DNA from: Pelagibacterales bacterium SAG-MED11
GTDB lineage: Bacteria; Pseudomonadota; Alphaproteobacteria; Pelagibacterales; Pelagibacteraceae
Direction: 5' to 3'
Length of the DNA stretch: 64,000 bases
Assembly: GCA_014654265.1 (NCBI GenBank)
Contig: JACWDI010000004.1
Span: forward strand, 2,312-66,311
This document shows, in pieces, positions 39,104-49,386 of the stretch. The translations under genes were made by a program, and so were the position numbers. The notes beneath the pieces are model-generated. The model was given only the letters and a program-made list of their open reading frames with translations. It was not told where the DNA came from and ran no database searches. Position 1 is the stretch's first letter. Each line of letters starts with the position of its first letter.

Positions 39104-39706
39104 ATGGGAAATTTACTTTCTTCACTTTCAAAAACAGTACATGCATCTTTAGCCATTGCTATAATTTTATTTCTAGGATTATTTTATCAAAATGATGGAT
39201 TTAGCTTTGATAGAATTTTTTGGAGTTGGGTTGCAAGATATGTTCATGTCATCGTTGGAATAATGTGGATTGGTTTATTATGGTATTTCAATTTTGTTCA
39301 AATTCCTAATATGAGTAAAATACCTGACGAACAAAAACCTGCAATTGGAAAAGTTATTGCACCTGCTGCATTATTTTATTTTAGGTGGGGAGCAGCACTT
39401 ACTGTTTTATCTGGATTAATTCTTGCTGGACTAAATGGATATTTACATGATTCAATGACACTTAGTATTGGTTCTGGAATACCAAAACATACGGCAATAG
39501 GTATTGGAATGTGGTTAGGTTTAATTATGGCTTTCAACGTATGGTTTGTTATTTGGCCTAATCAGAAAAGAGCTTTGGGTATCGTTGAGTGTGAACCAGA
39601 ATTAAAAGCTAAATCTGCAAGAACAGCAATGTTATTTTCAAGAACAAATACATTATTGTCTATACCAATGCTACTGACAATGGTTGCAGCTCAAAATTTA
39701 TATTAA
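39104..39706 (+). CDS. polytopic membrane protein, tentatively urate-oxidase N-terminal (PuuD-like) domain family
   Basis: 200 aa with 4-5 TMs. The motif ARYVHVIVGIMWIGLLWYFNFVQ resembles the conserved His/W-G-YF block I associate with that family. The assignment is tentative. Confidence 0.4.
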   Translation: MGNLLSSLSKTVHASLAIAIILFLGLFYQNDGFSFDRIFWSWVARYVHVIVGIMWIGLLWYFNFVQIPNMSKIPDEQKPAIGKVIAPAALFYFRWGAALTVLSGLILAGLNGYLHDSMTLSIGSGIPKHTAIGIGMWLGLIMAFNVWFVIWPNQKRALGIVECEPELKAKSARTAMLFSRTNTLLSIPMLLTMVAAQNLY

Positions 39707-40590
39707 TTACTACCGTCTTCTTTTAAAACAGTTTTTTGAGACACTCTAAGTCTAACTAGAACTGTATTAGCAATATATATAGATGAATAAGTACCAAAAA
39801 TTACACCAAATATCATAGCTAGAGAAAAGCCTCTTAAAATTTCACCACCAAAGAAAAATATCGATAACAATGCTAATAAAGTTGTAATAGAAGTTATTAA
39901 AGTTCTCGATAAAGTTTCATTTATTGAAATATTTGTTAGTTCAAAAATTTTTATATCTGAATATTTTCTTAAATTTTCCCTAACTCTATCAAAAATTACG
40001 ACAGTATCATTCATTGAATAGCCAACAATTGTTAGTACTGCAGCAATAATTGATAAATTAATTTCTAGTCCAAGAAGAGAGAATAAACCTAATGTTACTA
40101 TAACATCATGAAATAAAGCTAATATAGCTCCAAGACTAAATTGCCATTCAAATCTAATCCAAATGTAGATAAGCATTAAAATCAAAGCAACTGATATTGC
40201 TATAATTCCAGACTTTAATAATTCTTCACTTACTTTTGGTCCTACGTTTTCAACTCTTCTAAAATTAAAATTATTTCCAAAAGACTTATCGAGGTTTGTT
40301 TTAATTTCTTCTATTACGTTTTTATTATCATTATTTTCAAACTTAATTAAAAAATCAGTTTCATTTCCAAATTTTTTAACCGAAACATCACCTAAGTTCA
40401 TTTGATTAAGATTATCTCTTAAAGAAGATACATTAATTTTAGACTCTGATGCTCTAAGCTCAATTAGTGTTCCACCTTTAAAATCTATACCAAAATTTAA
40501 ACCCTTGAACGTCAATAATAATAATGAGACTACAACAAGCGAAACTGAAAGAATGTTAAATTTATTATAATATTTGTTAAATGCTATCAT
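39703..40590 (-). CDS. secF: protein translocase subunit SecF
   Basis: 295 aa. LNFGIDFKGGT, IVGYSMNDTVVIFDRVRE, and position after secD. Confidence 0.9.
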   Translation of the reverse strand: MIAFNKYYNKFNILSVSLVVVSLLLLTFKGLNFGIDFKGGTLIELRASESKINVSSLRDNLNQMNLGDVSVKKFGNETDFLIKFENNDNKNVIEEIKTNLDKSFGNNFNFRRVENVGPKVSEELLKSGIIAISVALILMLIYIWIRFEWQFSLGAILALFHDVIVTLGLFSLLGLEINLSIIAAVLTIVGYSMNDTVVIFDRVRENLRKYSDIKIFELTNISINETLSRTLITSITTLLALLSIFFFGGEILRGFSLAMIFGVIFGTYSSIYIANTVLVRLRVSQKTVLKEDGSN

Positions 40591-42144
40591 CTAAATTAAT
40601 CCTTCTTTTTGCTTATTTTTGGCTACATACAAAACAGTCAATAATCTAGCTATGAAATAAACTGAAAAAAGTGTGGTGAATATTCCAATTCCTAGAGTTA
40701 AAGAAAACCCTTTGATAGGACCAGATCCCATGAAAAATAATATAATTGCAGCAATTAATGTTGTTATATTTGCATCAAGAATAGCTGTTCTTGATTTAGT
40801 ATAACCACTATCAAAAGCAATTAAGTTATTTTTTTCGTCTTTTAATTCTTCTTTAATTCTCTCAAATATCAAAACATTAGCATCGACAGCCATTCCCACA
40901 GTTAAAATTATACCAGCTATTCCCGGTAGGGTTAAAGTTGCCTCAAATATTGTTAAAACACCAATTAAAAGAAATAAATTTATAATTAATGCTATATTGG
41001 TAATGAGACCAAATATTTTATATTTAATAAAGATAAATAAAATAACTAAAGCAAACCCAATAGCTAAAGCAATCATTCCAGCATTAATAGAATCTTGTCC
41101 AAGATCTGGACCAACAGTTCTTTCCTCGATAATATTTAGTGGCGCAGGTAATGCTCCAGATCTAAGTAGTAATGCAAGATCAGTGGCAGATTGAAATGTA
41201 AAACCTCCACTTATTTGTCCAGATCCACTTGCAATAGTATCTCTTATAACTGGTGCACTTATAATCTTCCCATCAAGAACTATCGCTAATTGTTTTCCAA
41301 TACCTGTTGATGTTGCCTTACCAAATCTTTTTGCCCCTACTCTGTCTAAGGTAAATGAAACAACAGTTTCGTTTGTTTCGTTATTCATTCTTGGTTGAGC
41401 ATCTAAAAGATTATCTCCACTTAAAATTATTCTTTTGCTAACGACTGATTCTTCAGAACTATCTTCATATTTCAATTTTTCTGTACCAAAGGAATCTTCT
41501 GTGTTTGAGGCTACAAATCTAAATGTTAAATTTGCAGTTTTTCCAAGTAATGATTTAATTCTCATTGGGTCATCTAATCCTGGTAGTTCCACTAAAATTC
41601 TATCATTACCTCTTTTAAGAATATTTGGTTCATTCGTACCTATTTCGTCAATTCTTCTTCTTACAATCTCTAAAGCTTGATCTTGAGATGATGTTTTAAG
41701 TTCAACCAAACCTTGTTTTGAATAATTAACAATTAAAAGATCGTTTTTTTCTTCAATGTTTAATTGATGTGATTTAAATCTTGGATAATAAGGATTTAGA
41801 TTACTTTCTTCATCATTGAATTCATCTAATACTGTTTGTTTAAATTGATTATCCACAGTAAACGAAAGTTCTTGATTTGAAATCTTAAGATTATTTATTC
41901 TTATATTTTTTTCTTTAAAATAATTTTTAATAGTGATTGTCAGATTCTGAAGTTTTTGTTCTACTACAGGACTATTGTCAATTTCTAGTAAAAGATACGA
42001 ACCACCTTGTAAATCTAATCCAAGATTTATTTTTTTATTTAATAAATCATTGCTAAATTTAAAAAGATTTGATGAAGCTATTAATATAAAGATTAAAGAA
42101 ATTAATGAAACAAAAACAATTCTTAATTTTGAAAAGTATAACAC
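40591..42144 (-). CDS. secD: protein translocase subunit SecD
   Basis: 517 aa. LGLDLQGGSYLLLE, a periplasmic domain, and GMAVDANVLIFERIKEE. Confidence 0.9.
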   Translation of the reverse strand: MLYFSKLRIVFVSLISLIFILIASSNLFKFSNDLLNKKINLGLDLQGGSYLLLEIDNSPVVEQKLQNLTITIKNYFKEKNIRINNLKISNQELSFTVDNQFKQTVLDEFNDEESNLNPYYPRFKSHQLNIEEKNDLLIVNYSKQGLVELKTSSQDQALEIVRRRIDEIGTNEPNILKRGNDRILVELPGLDDPMRIKSLLGKTANLTFRFVASNTEDSFGTEKLKYEDSSEESVVSKRIILSGDNLLDAQPRMNNETNETVVSFTLDRVGAKRFGKATSTGIGKQLAIVLDGKIISAPVIRDTIASGSGQISGGFTFQSATDLALLLRSGALPAPLNIIEERTVGPDLGQDSINAGMIALAIGFALVILFIFIKYKIFGLITNIALIINLFLLIGVLTIFEATLTLPGIAGIILTVGMAVDANVLIFERIKEELKDEKNNLIAFDSGYTKSRTAILDANITTLIAAIILFFMGSGPIKGFSLTLGIGIFTTLFSVYFIARLLTVLYVAKNKQKEGLI

Positions 42145-42160
42145 TTTAATTTAACGAGAT

Positions 42161-42448
42161 TTATTTCTTAATTTCTTGGCCGTTCATTAAGCTTTGAACC
42201 CCTGTGCCTCTTATCACTTCGACAGTAACATTGTCTGCAATCTCTACTTCAATTTTATCATTATCGATAACTCTTGATATAGTTCCAGTAATGCCACCTG
42301 AGGTTACAATTTTATCTCCTTTTTTTAAGCCTTCAACCATAGCTTTATGTTCTTTAACTTTTTTTTGTTGAGGTCTTATTAAGAAAAAATAAAAGATAAC
42401 AAAAATTAGTATTAACGGTATAAACTGGCCTATTCCTGAACTTTCCAT
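42161..42448 (-). CDS. yajC: preprotein translocase subunit YajC
   Basis: 95 aa with a single TM, then RPQQKKVKEHKAMVEGLKKGDKIVTSGGI. Confidence 0.85.
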   Translation of the reverse strand: MESSGIGQFIPLILIFVIFYFFLIRPQQKKVKEHKAMVEGLKKGDKIVTSGGITGTISRVIDNDKIEVEIADNVTVEVIRGTGVQSLMNGQEIKK

Positions 42449-42502
42449 AAAACTCCTTGATTAAAAGTGAATATTTATACTATCTGTGGGGTTAAAACAA
42501 CT

Positions 42503-43762
42503 TTAATTGATCGAAATTTTTTCCAAATTGTTCATATAAGGTTTAAGAACTTTTGGAATAGTTATAGAGCCATCTTTTTGCTGATAATTTTCTAAGATAG
42601 CAATAAGAGTTCTACCTATTGCTAATCCACTCCCATTTAAAGTGCCTGCATAAAGGGTATCCTTATTAGAGTCTTTATATCTAGTTTTCATTCTGACCGC
42701 TTGAAAAGTAGAACATGATGAGCAAGAAGAAATTTCTCTATACTTATTTTCTGAAGGGAGCCAAACTTCAATATCATATGTTTTTTCAGCACTAAATCCC
42801 ATGTCACCACTGCACAGAATAACTTTTCTATAAGGTAATTCTAAAAGATCTAGTATACCCGTAGCGCAATTCGTCATTCTTTCTAATTCTTCAAGACATT
42901 TATTTTGTTCTACAACACTAACCATTTCAACTTTATAAAATTGGTGCTGTCTAATCATTCCCTTTGTGTCTTTACCATAACTACCAGCTTCTTTTCTAAA
43001 ACAAGGAGTTGAGGCAACAAATCTCATGGGTAAAGATTTAATATCTAGAATTTTGTCTTTAACAATATTAGTCAAAATTACTTCTGCTGTAGGTATTAGA
43101 AATTTTCTTTCAGCATCTTTATCTAATTTAACTTCAAATTGATCATTTTCAAATTTAGGCAATTGACCAGTACCAAACATAGTATTTTCTGAAGCAAGTA
43201 AAGGTGGTGAAATTTCTTCATAACCATTTTTTTGTATATGAATATCCAACATAAAATTTGATAAAGCTCTTTCTAATAGCGCCAATTTACTTTTAACAAA
43301 AACAAATCGCGACCCTGTAGTTTTTGTTGCAAGATCGAAATCTAACATGCCCAATTCTTCACCCAACTCATAATGTGATTTGGGTTTAAAATCAAAATTA
43401 GGAATTTTTCCAAATTTACCAATTTCAACATTGTCATTCTCATTTTTTCCACTTGGAACATCAGGATGTGGAAGATTTGGTATATTAGATAGAATTTTTT
43501 CAAGTTCGGATTTAAGTACATTTTGTTTTTTAGAAATTTCCTCTAAAGAAACTGAAAGTTCTTTAGATTTTGCAAATAAAGATTTATCTTTAGATTTTGA
43601 AATATCTTTTTTCTCTTTCTCTAAATTCTCTTTCTTTTGAATAAATTCTCTATTTTGTATATCTAATTTTTTTAATTGAGAAAAATTAATGTCGATTGTT
43701 CTTTTTTTTAATTCTTTTTCAAAAGCATCAAAATTTTTTCGAATTTCTTTTAAATTATGCAT
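42503..43762 (-). CDS. serS: serine-tRNA ligase
   Basis: 419 aa with an N-terminal coiled-coil arm and class II motifs (FRKEAGSYGKDTKGMIRQHQF, GSGLAIGRTL). Confidence 0.95.
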   Translation of the reverse strand: MHNLKEIRKNFDAFEKELKKRTIDINFSQLKKLDIQNREFIQKKENLEKEKKDISKSKDKSLFAKSKELSVSLEEISKKQNVLKSELEKILSNIPNLPHPDVPSGKNENDNVEIGKFGKIPNFDFKPKSHYELGEELGMLDFDLATKTTGSRFVFVKSKLALLERALSNFMLDIHIQKNGYEEISPPLLASENTMFGTGQLPKFENDQFEVKLDKDAERKFLIPTAEVILTNIVKDKILDIKSLPMRFVASTPCFRKEAGSYGKDTKGMIRQHQFYKVEMVSVVEQNKCLEELERMTNCATGILDLLELPYRKVILCSGDMGFSAEKTYDIEVWLPSENKYREISSCSSCSTFQAVRMKTRYKDSNKDTLYAGTLNGSGLAIGRTLIAILENYQQKDGSITIPKVLKPYMNNLEKISIN

Positions 43763-44525
43763 CAGAATCTTTTAATTTTTTACTTTCAATAAATTTTACT
43801 GAAAATATTGATAATTCATATAAAATTAATAAAGGAATAGCTAAACCAATTTGTGTTATAGGATCAGGTGGAGTCAACAATGCAGCAGCTGCAAATATGA
43901 TGACTACTACATATTTCCTTCTTTTTTTTAGAAAATCAGAATCAACAACTCCTACTCTTGCTAGTAAACTAAGGACAACAGGTAATTGAAAACTTATTCC
44001 AAAAGCAAAAATGAGTTTCATTACAAGAGATAAATATTCATTCACTTTAGCTTCCAGCTGAATTGGTAAGTTTGTTGACAATCCTGTGCTTTCAAATGAT
44101 AAAAAGAATTTTATCGCTAAAGGCATAATCAAATAGTAGACCAACATACCACCTAAAAAGAATAAAATCGGTGTTAAAACTAAATAGGGTATAATTGCAA
44201 TCTTTTCGTGTTTATAAAGGCCTGGTGCAATGAATTTCCAAATTTGCATTAAAATAAAAGGGCAAGTAACAAAAAAAGCTGTGAAAAAAGAAACTTTTAA
44301 ATACGTTAAAAAAGTTTCTTGTAAAGCAGTAAAAATGAGTCGTCTATCAGACCCATCATCTTTTACAGCTTTTGCAAATGGTTCAACTAAAAAACCATAC
44401 AAATGTTCTGCAAAAAAATAACAGGCTATAAAAAAAACTATTAGAAAAATAAAACTATTAATTAATCTTTTTCTTAATTCTGCTAAATGACTTACGAAGC
44501 CACTTTCGTTTTCATCATGACTCAT
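43755..44525 (-). CDS. tatC: twin-arginine translocase subunit TatC
   Basis: 256 aa with 6 TMs. Has HLAELRKRL, FIAPGLY and LLTPPDPITQ motifs. Confidence 0.9.
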   Translation of the reverse strand: MSHDENESGFVSHLAELRKRLINSFIFLIVFFIACYFFAEHLYGFLVEPFAKAVKDDGSDRRLIFTALQETFLTYLKVSFFTAFFVTCPFILMQIWKFIAPGLYKHEKIAIIPYLVLTPILFFLGGMLVYYLIMPLAIKFFLSFESTGLSTNLPIQLEAKVNEYLSLVMKLIFAFGISFQLPVVLSLLARVGVVDSDFLKKRRKYVVVIIFAAAALLTPPDPITQIGLAIPLLILYELSIFSVKFIESKKLKDSDA

Positions 44526-44727
44526 CTTTTTTATCTACTTCTTTTTCTTTTGGATTATCTTCAATATCAATATTTGAAATTTCACTTTGCACGTTATTTA
44601 TATATTTTTTTGCAGTACCAATCCAAGATCCAGCTTTCTTTAACATGATAGGAAAATCCTTAGGCCCAAGTACAATTATAGCAATAGCAACAACAATTAA
44701 GATCTCAAACCAACCAATAGTAGGCAT
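44515..44727 (-). CDS. tatB: twin-arginine translocase subunit TatB
   Basis: 70 aa. GWFEILIVVAIAIIVLGPKDFP, an N-terminal TM plus amphipathic helix. Second Tat paralogue between tatA and tatC. Confidence 0.7.
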   Translation of the reverse strand: MPTIGWFEILIVVAIAIIVLGPKDFPIMLKKAGSWIGTAKKYINNVQSEISNIDIEDNPKEKEVDKKDES

Positions 44728-44732
44728 GTGAT

Positions 44733-44933
44733 TTATTCTTTATTCTTTGTATCTTGATTTTCGTCGGAAATATTTTTAGGCTCATTGTCATCAGTAACAT
44801 CTGATGCCATACCTTTTTTAAAACTTTTAATTCCTTTAGCAACATCACCCATAAGGCTAGATATTTTTCCTCTACCAAATAATAATACCACAAGTATTAC
44901 AACAATAGCTATTTGCCAAATTCCAATGCTCAT
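44733..44933 (-). CDS. tatA: twin-arginine translocase subunit TatA
   Basis: 66 aa. [39 protein letters not shown] is the canonical TatA/E pattern. Confidence 0.8.
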   Translation of the reverse strand: MSIGIWQIAIVVILVVLLFGRGKISSLMGDVAKGIKSFKKGMASDVTDDNEPKNISDENQDTKNKE

Positions 44934-45001
44934 ACAAATCTTATATCCTTTTTATTTATATATTTAAAGTGTCTTTTTTTTGGATAAATTAAAATTAAAG
45001 A

Positions 45002-45703
45002 CTAGTTCTTTTCATCTGAATCAAGAGTGCCACTAAGCATTTCATCAATATTAGAGTAAATGTCCTCTTTTTTATCGTCCTGTTTTTCTTTGTAAAATTT
45101 TCCGGTACCAAAAATTGCATTATCTATATTAGTACTATCAATCAAGCCTGCTGCTCCTAATTCATCAACAGTTGGTAGATCAGAAAGCTTTTGAAGATTA
45201 AAGTGACTCAAGAAGTCATCTGTTGTTATATATTGTATTGGCTTGCCTGGTACATCTTTTCTACCACCTGGCTTTACCCAGTTTAATTCCATCAAAATTT
45301 CTAGTGTGTTAGTCCCAAAAGCCACACCTCTTATTTCTTCAATTTCTGCTCTAGTTACAGGTTGGTGATAAACAATAATTGCAAGTGTTTCTATCGCGGC
45401 TCTTGATAATTTTTTTTCAACAGTTTTCTCTTGTACCATTAAATTTGATAAATTTGGTGATGTTCTAAAGGACCATTTTTTTGATATACAAACTAGGTTT
45501 ATTCCACGATCTGAATATTCATTCTGAATTTTTAATAATATCTTTTCTACATCAGCCTTTTTTGAAATTTTACTTTCAATAGTTTCAATATTCAAAGGTT
45601 CTGCAGCAGCAAAAACTATAGCTTCAATTTCTTTTTCAATAGAAGTTAATTTTGAGGGAAAATTAATAATATTATCTTTTTTTTTTATTTTTTTTTTAAT
45701 CAT
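45002..45703 (-). CDS. scpB: segregation and condensation protein B
   Basis: 233 aa. EAIVFAAAEPL, the winged-helix pair, and AAIETLAIIVYHQPVTRAEIEEIRGV. Confidence 0.85.
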   Translation of the reverse strand: MIKKKIKKKDNIINFPSKLTSIEKEIEAIVFAAAEPLNIETIESKISKKADVEKILLKIQNEYSDRGINLVCISKKWSFRTSPNLSNLMVQEKTVEKKLSRAAIETLAIIVYHQPVTRAEIEEIRGVAFGTNTLEILMELNWVKPGGRKDVPGKPIQYITTDDFLSHFNLQKLSDLPTVDELGAAGLIDSTNIDNAIFGTGKFYKEKQDDKKEDIYSNIDEMLSGTLDSDEKN

Positions 45704-46440
45704 TTATTTTCTTTAATATAAATATCGTCATATAGATTCTCTTGCTTAATCTTTAAATTTCCTTCTTTAACTAATTCTAAAGAACCAGCAAATATTCCAG
45801 CTTTACCTGTTCTCTTGTATTTTGTATTATTTTTCAAATTTTTAGGAATTAAATCATCTAGTTTTTTCCAATCCATTAATTTTCCAAAGAAATTTTTTAT
45901 AGTTTTTATTCCTTCTTCTGTTGTAAAGACAGGTAACTTTGGGATGTTTATTCTTTGAAAGTCTTTAGTCATTATTATTGTTGAGTAGGTTTTTAATAAT
46001 TCAAACAAATTCAGTTTATATTCACTGTTATAAATTGGTTTTATCCCAGCTCTACTTCCTCTCGATCTAATTTCTCTGCCTAATCTTTTTCTCTTGAGCA
46101 TTTGTTCAGAAAGTAATCTTATTAATTCTAATTTTTTTAATTGTAACTTAAGTTTTTCAGCAACTTCATGAACTTTGAATTCTTCATCAGGCGTACCAGG
46201 TAATAAGAGTTTTGATTTTAAATAAGCTAGCCAAGTTGCCATTAATAAATATTCTGATGCAATTTCTAAGTTAAGATTTTTTTCATTTGTAATGAAATCG
46301 TGAAATTGATCCGCTAATTTTGTTATAGATATATCTTCTAAATTAACTTTTTGAGCTTTAGCTAAATCTAGCAAGACATCTAGAGGGCCGTTGTAGTTTT
46401 CAACATCAACTTTGAATAGTGCAGAATCAGATTCAATCAT
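45700..46440 (-). CDS. scpA: segregation and condensation protein A (kleisin)
   Basis: 246 aa. FEGPLDVLLDL-type N-terminus (YNGPLDVLLDLAKAQKVNLEDISI). Overlaps scpB by 4 nt. Confidence 0.85.
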   Translation of the reverse strand: MIESDSALFKVDVENYNGPLDVLLDLAKAQKVNLEDISITKLADQFHDFITNEKNLNLEIASEYLLMATWLAYLKSKLLLPGTPDEEFKVHEVAEKLKLQLKKLELIRLLSEQMLKRKRLGREIRSRGSRAGIKPIYNSEYKLNLFELLKTYSTIIMTKDFQRINIPKLPVFTTEEGIKTIKNFFGKLMDWKKLDDLIPKNLKNNTKYKRTGKAGIFAGSLELVKEGNLKIKQENLYDDIYIKENK

Positions 46441-46449
46441 TGAGGAATA

Positions 46450-47397
46450 TTAACTTAAAATTTTATAAAATTCTGATGTTTTTTTAGTTATAAATCGATC
46501 AACTAATGGTGAATTTTGTCCAACAACTGTCATTTCTTTAAGGTTTCCGTTACAATGTAGAACTATATTACAACCTGCTTTAAACGTTTTGATTGTATTT
46601 TCTTTTATAGGTCCCTTTAAACTTTTCATAGAAAGATCATCCGAAATAAGGATATTTTTAAAACCTATTCTATTTCTAATTAATTTAATTAATTTTTGTG
46701 AATGGGTTACTGTATTTTTATTATCTATGTCAGTAAATACAATATGCGCTGTCATAGCAAATAAGCTCTGTTTATTCTTAAAAGGTATAAAATCATTTTT
46801 TGTTAAATAATCTAATTTTTTGCTTACAAATGGAGTTGAAAGATGACTGTCCACTTTGGCTAATCCATGGCCAGGAATATGTTTAATTACAGTACCAATT
46901 CTATTTTCTTTAAAGTATTTAATACAATAATCACCTATTTTAGATACTATTTTAGGATTCCTTGAAAATGATCTATCTCCAATAACTTTATTGGCTCCTT
47001 TAATTTTTAAATCTAATACAGGAACTGTATTAATGTTAATGCCTAACAATCTTAATAAATATGAGGTTTTATCAATAAATAATTTATAGAAAAAGTTAAA
47101 TTCTCTATAATTTTTTATAAACTTATTTCCAAAAAATTCTGAAGTTAGATTATCAAATGAAATTATGTTTTTTAATCTATTAACACGCCCACCCTCTTGA
47201 TCTACTAATATTGGATATTTTTTATCTTTAAAAACTTTTCTAATCGATGAAGTTAACTTAAAAGTCTGTTTTATATCTTTGATATTTCTTGCAAATAAAA
47301 TGACACCCCAAGGTTTATATTTTTTTAAAAAATGCTTTTCTTTTTTGGAAAGTTTAATTGATTTAATTCCAACAATAAAAGATCTGCGATTATTCAT
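46450..47397 (-). CDS. nagZ: beta-N-acetylhexosaminidase (GH3, NagZ)
   Basis: 315 aa. ILVDQEGGRVNRL, KHIPGHG, and the ISDDLSMK catalytic region. Confidence 0.8.
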   Translation of the reverse strand: MNNRRSFIVGIKSIKLSKKEKHFLKKYKPWGVILFARNIKDIKQTFKLTSSIRKVFKDKKYPILVDQEGGRVNRLKNIISFDNLTSEFFGNKFIKNYREFNFFYKLFIDKTSYLLRLLGININTVPVLDLKIKGANKVIGDRSFSRNPKIVSKIGDYCIKYFKENRIGTVIKHIPGHGLAKVDSHLSTPFVSKKLDYLTKNDFIPFKNKQSLFAMTAHIVFTDIDNKNTVTHSQKLIKLIRNRIGFKNILISDDLSMKSLKGPIKENTIKTFKAGCNIVLHCNGNLKEMTVVGQNSPLVDRFITKKTSEFYKILS

Positions 47398-47653
47398 TTG
47401 TTTCTAAAAGCTTCCAAAAATTAAATTTTTTCTTTTTTTTTGTACTTGATTGCTCAACATATTCTATAATATTTTTTGTATCATCTTCAAGGATAGGTAT
47501 ATTTTTGGAATAAGTATTTATTTTTTGATCAATATTTTGTAAAGATCGATATGAATTTTTTTTATTAGTATCAGAAAAATAATATCTTCCTGTTAAAAAT
47601 AAAAATAAACAAATAATGAATATAAATATAAAATATTTAATCTCTTTAAGCAT
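47390..47653 (-). CDS. small N-terminally anchored protein, unknown function
   Basis: 87 aa with one TM then a polar tail. It overlaps nagZ (8 nt) and argS (1 nt), consistent with a coupled real gene. Confidence 0.4.
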   Translation of the reverse strand: MLKEIKYFIFIFIICLFLFLTGRYYFSDTNKKNSYRSLQNIDQKINTYSKNIPILEDDTKNIIEYVEQSSTKKKKKFNFWKLLETNE

Positions 47654-49386
47654 TACATTTTTTCTGGAGTAGAAACACCAACAATATTCATTCCAGACTT
47701 AACTACATTAGAAATTGCTTTAAGAAAAATCAATTTATCATCAGTAATTTTTTTCTGATCATTAATAAATCTTTTTTCTGGATTGTCTTTACCCAGGTTC
47801 CAGTATGAGTGAAATAATGATGCCAAGTCATATAAGTATGTCGGTATTCTATGTGGTTCAAGTTTATTACTAGCTATATCGATACATTTAGGCCATTCAG
47901 ATATTTTTTTTAAAATATTTATTTCATCATCAGTATATTGAAAATCGTAGTTGTTAATTTTGATTTCAGAATTTAAATCTTTACCAATATGTCTGAAAAC
48001 TGAAGCTATTCTTGCATAACAGTACTGAACATAATAAAGAGGATTATCTTTAGATTTCTCAATTACGTTGTCAAAATCAAAATCAAGTTCTACGTCACTA
48101 CTTCTATTAAGCATAATGAATCTTGTTGCATCTTTTCCAACTTCATTAATTAAATCATCTACTGTTATATAATCACCTTTTCTTTTAGACATTTTAAAGG
48201 GTTTTTTATCTTTAATAAGTTTGACCAACTGGCTTACTTTACAGATCAATTTCCCTTTTGAATTTGATAATGCATCAACTGAGGATGATATTCTTTTTAT
48301 ATAGCCTGCATGATCTGCTCCTAGAATATTAATTAAGAAATCAAATTTTCTATCTAATTTATTTTTATGGTATGCAACGTCGCTTGCAAAATAAGTCCAT
48401 GAACCATCAGTCTTTTGTAAAGCTCTGTCTTTATCATCACCAAAATCGGTTGATCTAAAAAGCAATTGCTCTCTTTCTTCCCATTTATCATTGTTTTCAC
48501 CCACAGGTGCTTTGATTTTTCCTTTGTAAACAAATTTAGTTTTTTGAAGGTAATCAATTACATTTTCAACTTCATGATTAGTGACTATTTTTTTTTCACT
48601 AACAAAGTTGTCATGATTAATACCTAAAATATTCAGATTTTTTTTAATCAATTTAAGTGCCTCTTCAATAGATAGTTCAGTTAGTTTTTCAGCTATTTGA
48701 TCAAAGTTATCAAAATTTATTTTTTTATTTGCATTAACTATGTTCTCAGCAAAAGTAATTAGGTAATCCCCGGGATAGAGATCTTCATTGTCTGATGGGA
48801 AAGGTTCCTTAAATAGAATTTCTCTTATTCTAAAATAAACAGATTTTGTAAAATTTATAATTTGATTACCATAGTCATTGACATAATATTCTTTGGTAAC
48901 TTTGTGTTTATTAAATAACAAAATATTTGCAATTACATCACCTAATATGGCTCCACGACAATGACCAACATGTAAAGGTCCAGTTGGATTAGCTGAAACA
49001 AATTCAACTAAGTAACTTTTCTTCTTTTCATTACTATTAATTCCAAAATTATCAGAATCTTTAGTTATACTTTGGATAAAGTTAGTCCAAAAAATCGGCT
49101 TAAATTTAATATTAATAAATCCTGGCTTAACTACTGAAACATCTTCAATCAAATCATCATTCTCTTTTATTGGTTTTGCCAAGAATTTAGCTAATTCTAA
49201 TGGAGGTTTTTTATTTAATTTTGATAAAAACATTGCGACATTTGTTGAAATGTCACTATTAAACTTTACTGGAGGCATCTCAGCTGTAATACCATCTAGT
49301 CTTTCAGGTAAAACCAATTCTCCATTTTTAGCCTGATCTAATATAATTTTTTTTATTTTATCTAAATATTGTTCAAAAATATTCAT
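47653..49386 (-). CDS. argS: arginine-tRNA ligase
   Basis: 577 aa. SANPTGPLHVGH (HIGH) and FKMSKRKG (KMSK-like), plus a DALR anticodon-binding C-terminus. Confidence 0.95.
   Translation of the reverse strand: MNIFEQYLDKIKKIILDQAKNGELVLPERLDGITAEMPPVKFNSDISTNVAMFLSKLNKKPPLELAKFLAKPIKENDDLIEDVSVVKPGFINIKFKPIFWTNFIQSITKDSDNFGINSNEKKKSYLVEFVSANPTGPLHVGHCRGAILGDVIANILLFNKHKVTKEYYVNDYGNQIINFTKSVYFRIREILFKEPFPSDNEDLYPGDYLITFAENIVNANKKINFDNFDQIAEKLTELSIEEALKLIKKNLNILGINHDNFVSEKKIVTNHEVENVIDYLQKTKFVYKGKIKAPVGENNDKWEEREQLLFRSTDFGDDKDRALQKTDGSWTYFASDVAYHKNKLDRKFDFLINILGADHAGYIKRISSSVDALSNSKGKLICKVSQLVKLIKDKKPFKMSKRKGDYITVDDLINEVGKDATRFIMLNRSSDVELDFDFDNVIEKSKDNPLYYVQYCYARIASVFRHIGKDLNSEIKINNYDFQYTDDEINILKKISEWPKCIDIASNKLEPHRIPTYLYDLASLFHSYWNLGKDNPEKRFINDQKKITDDKLIFLKAISNVVKSGMNIVGVSTPEKM

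Noticed and set aside
44705-44967. ORFs overlapping tatA (62 aa on the minus strand in another frame, 60 aa on the plus strand)
   Set aside because: The tatA frame gives the canonical TatA sequence, and the alternatives are compositional artefacts. The same reasoning applies to the other short antisense track ORFs inside rplM, rpsI, gyrA, uvrA, secD, serS, tatC, metG, tgt, ppk, phoB and others.
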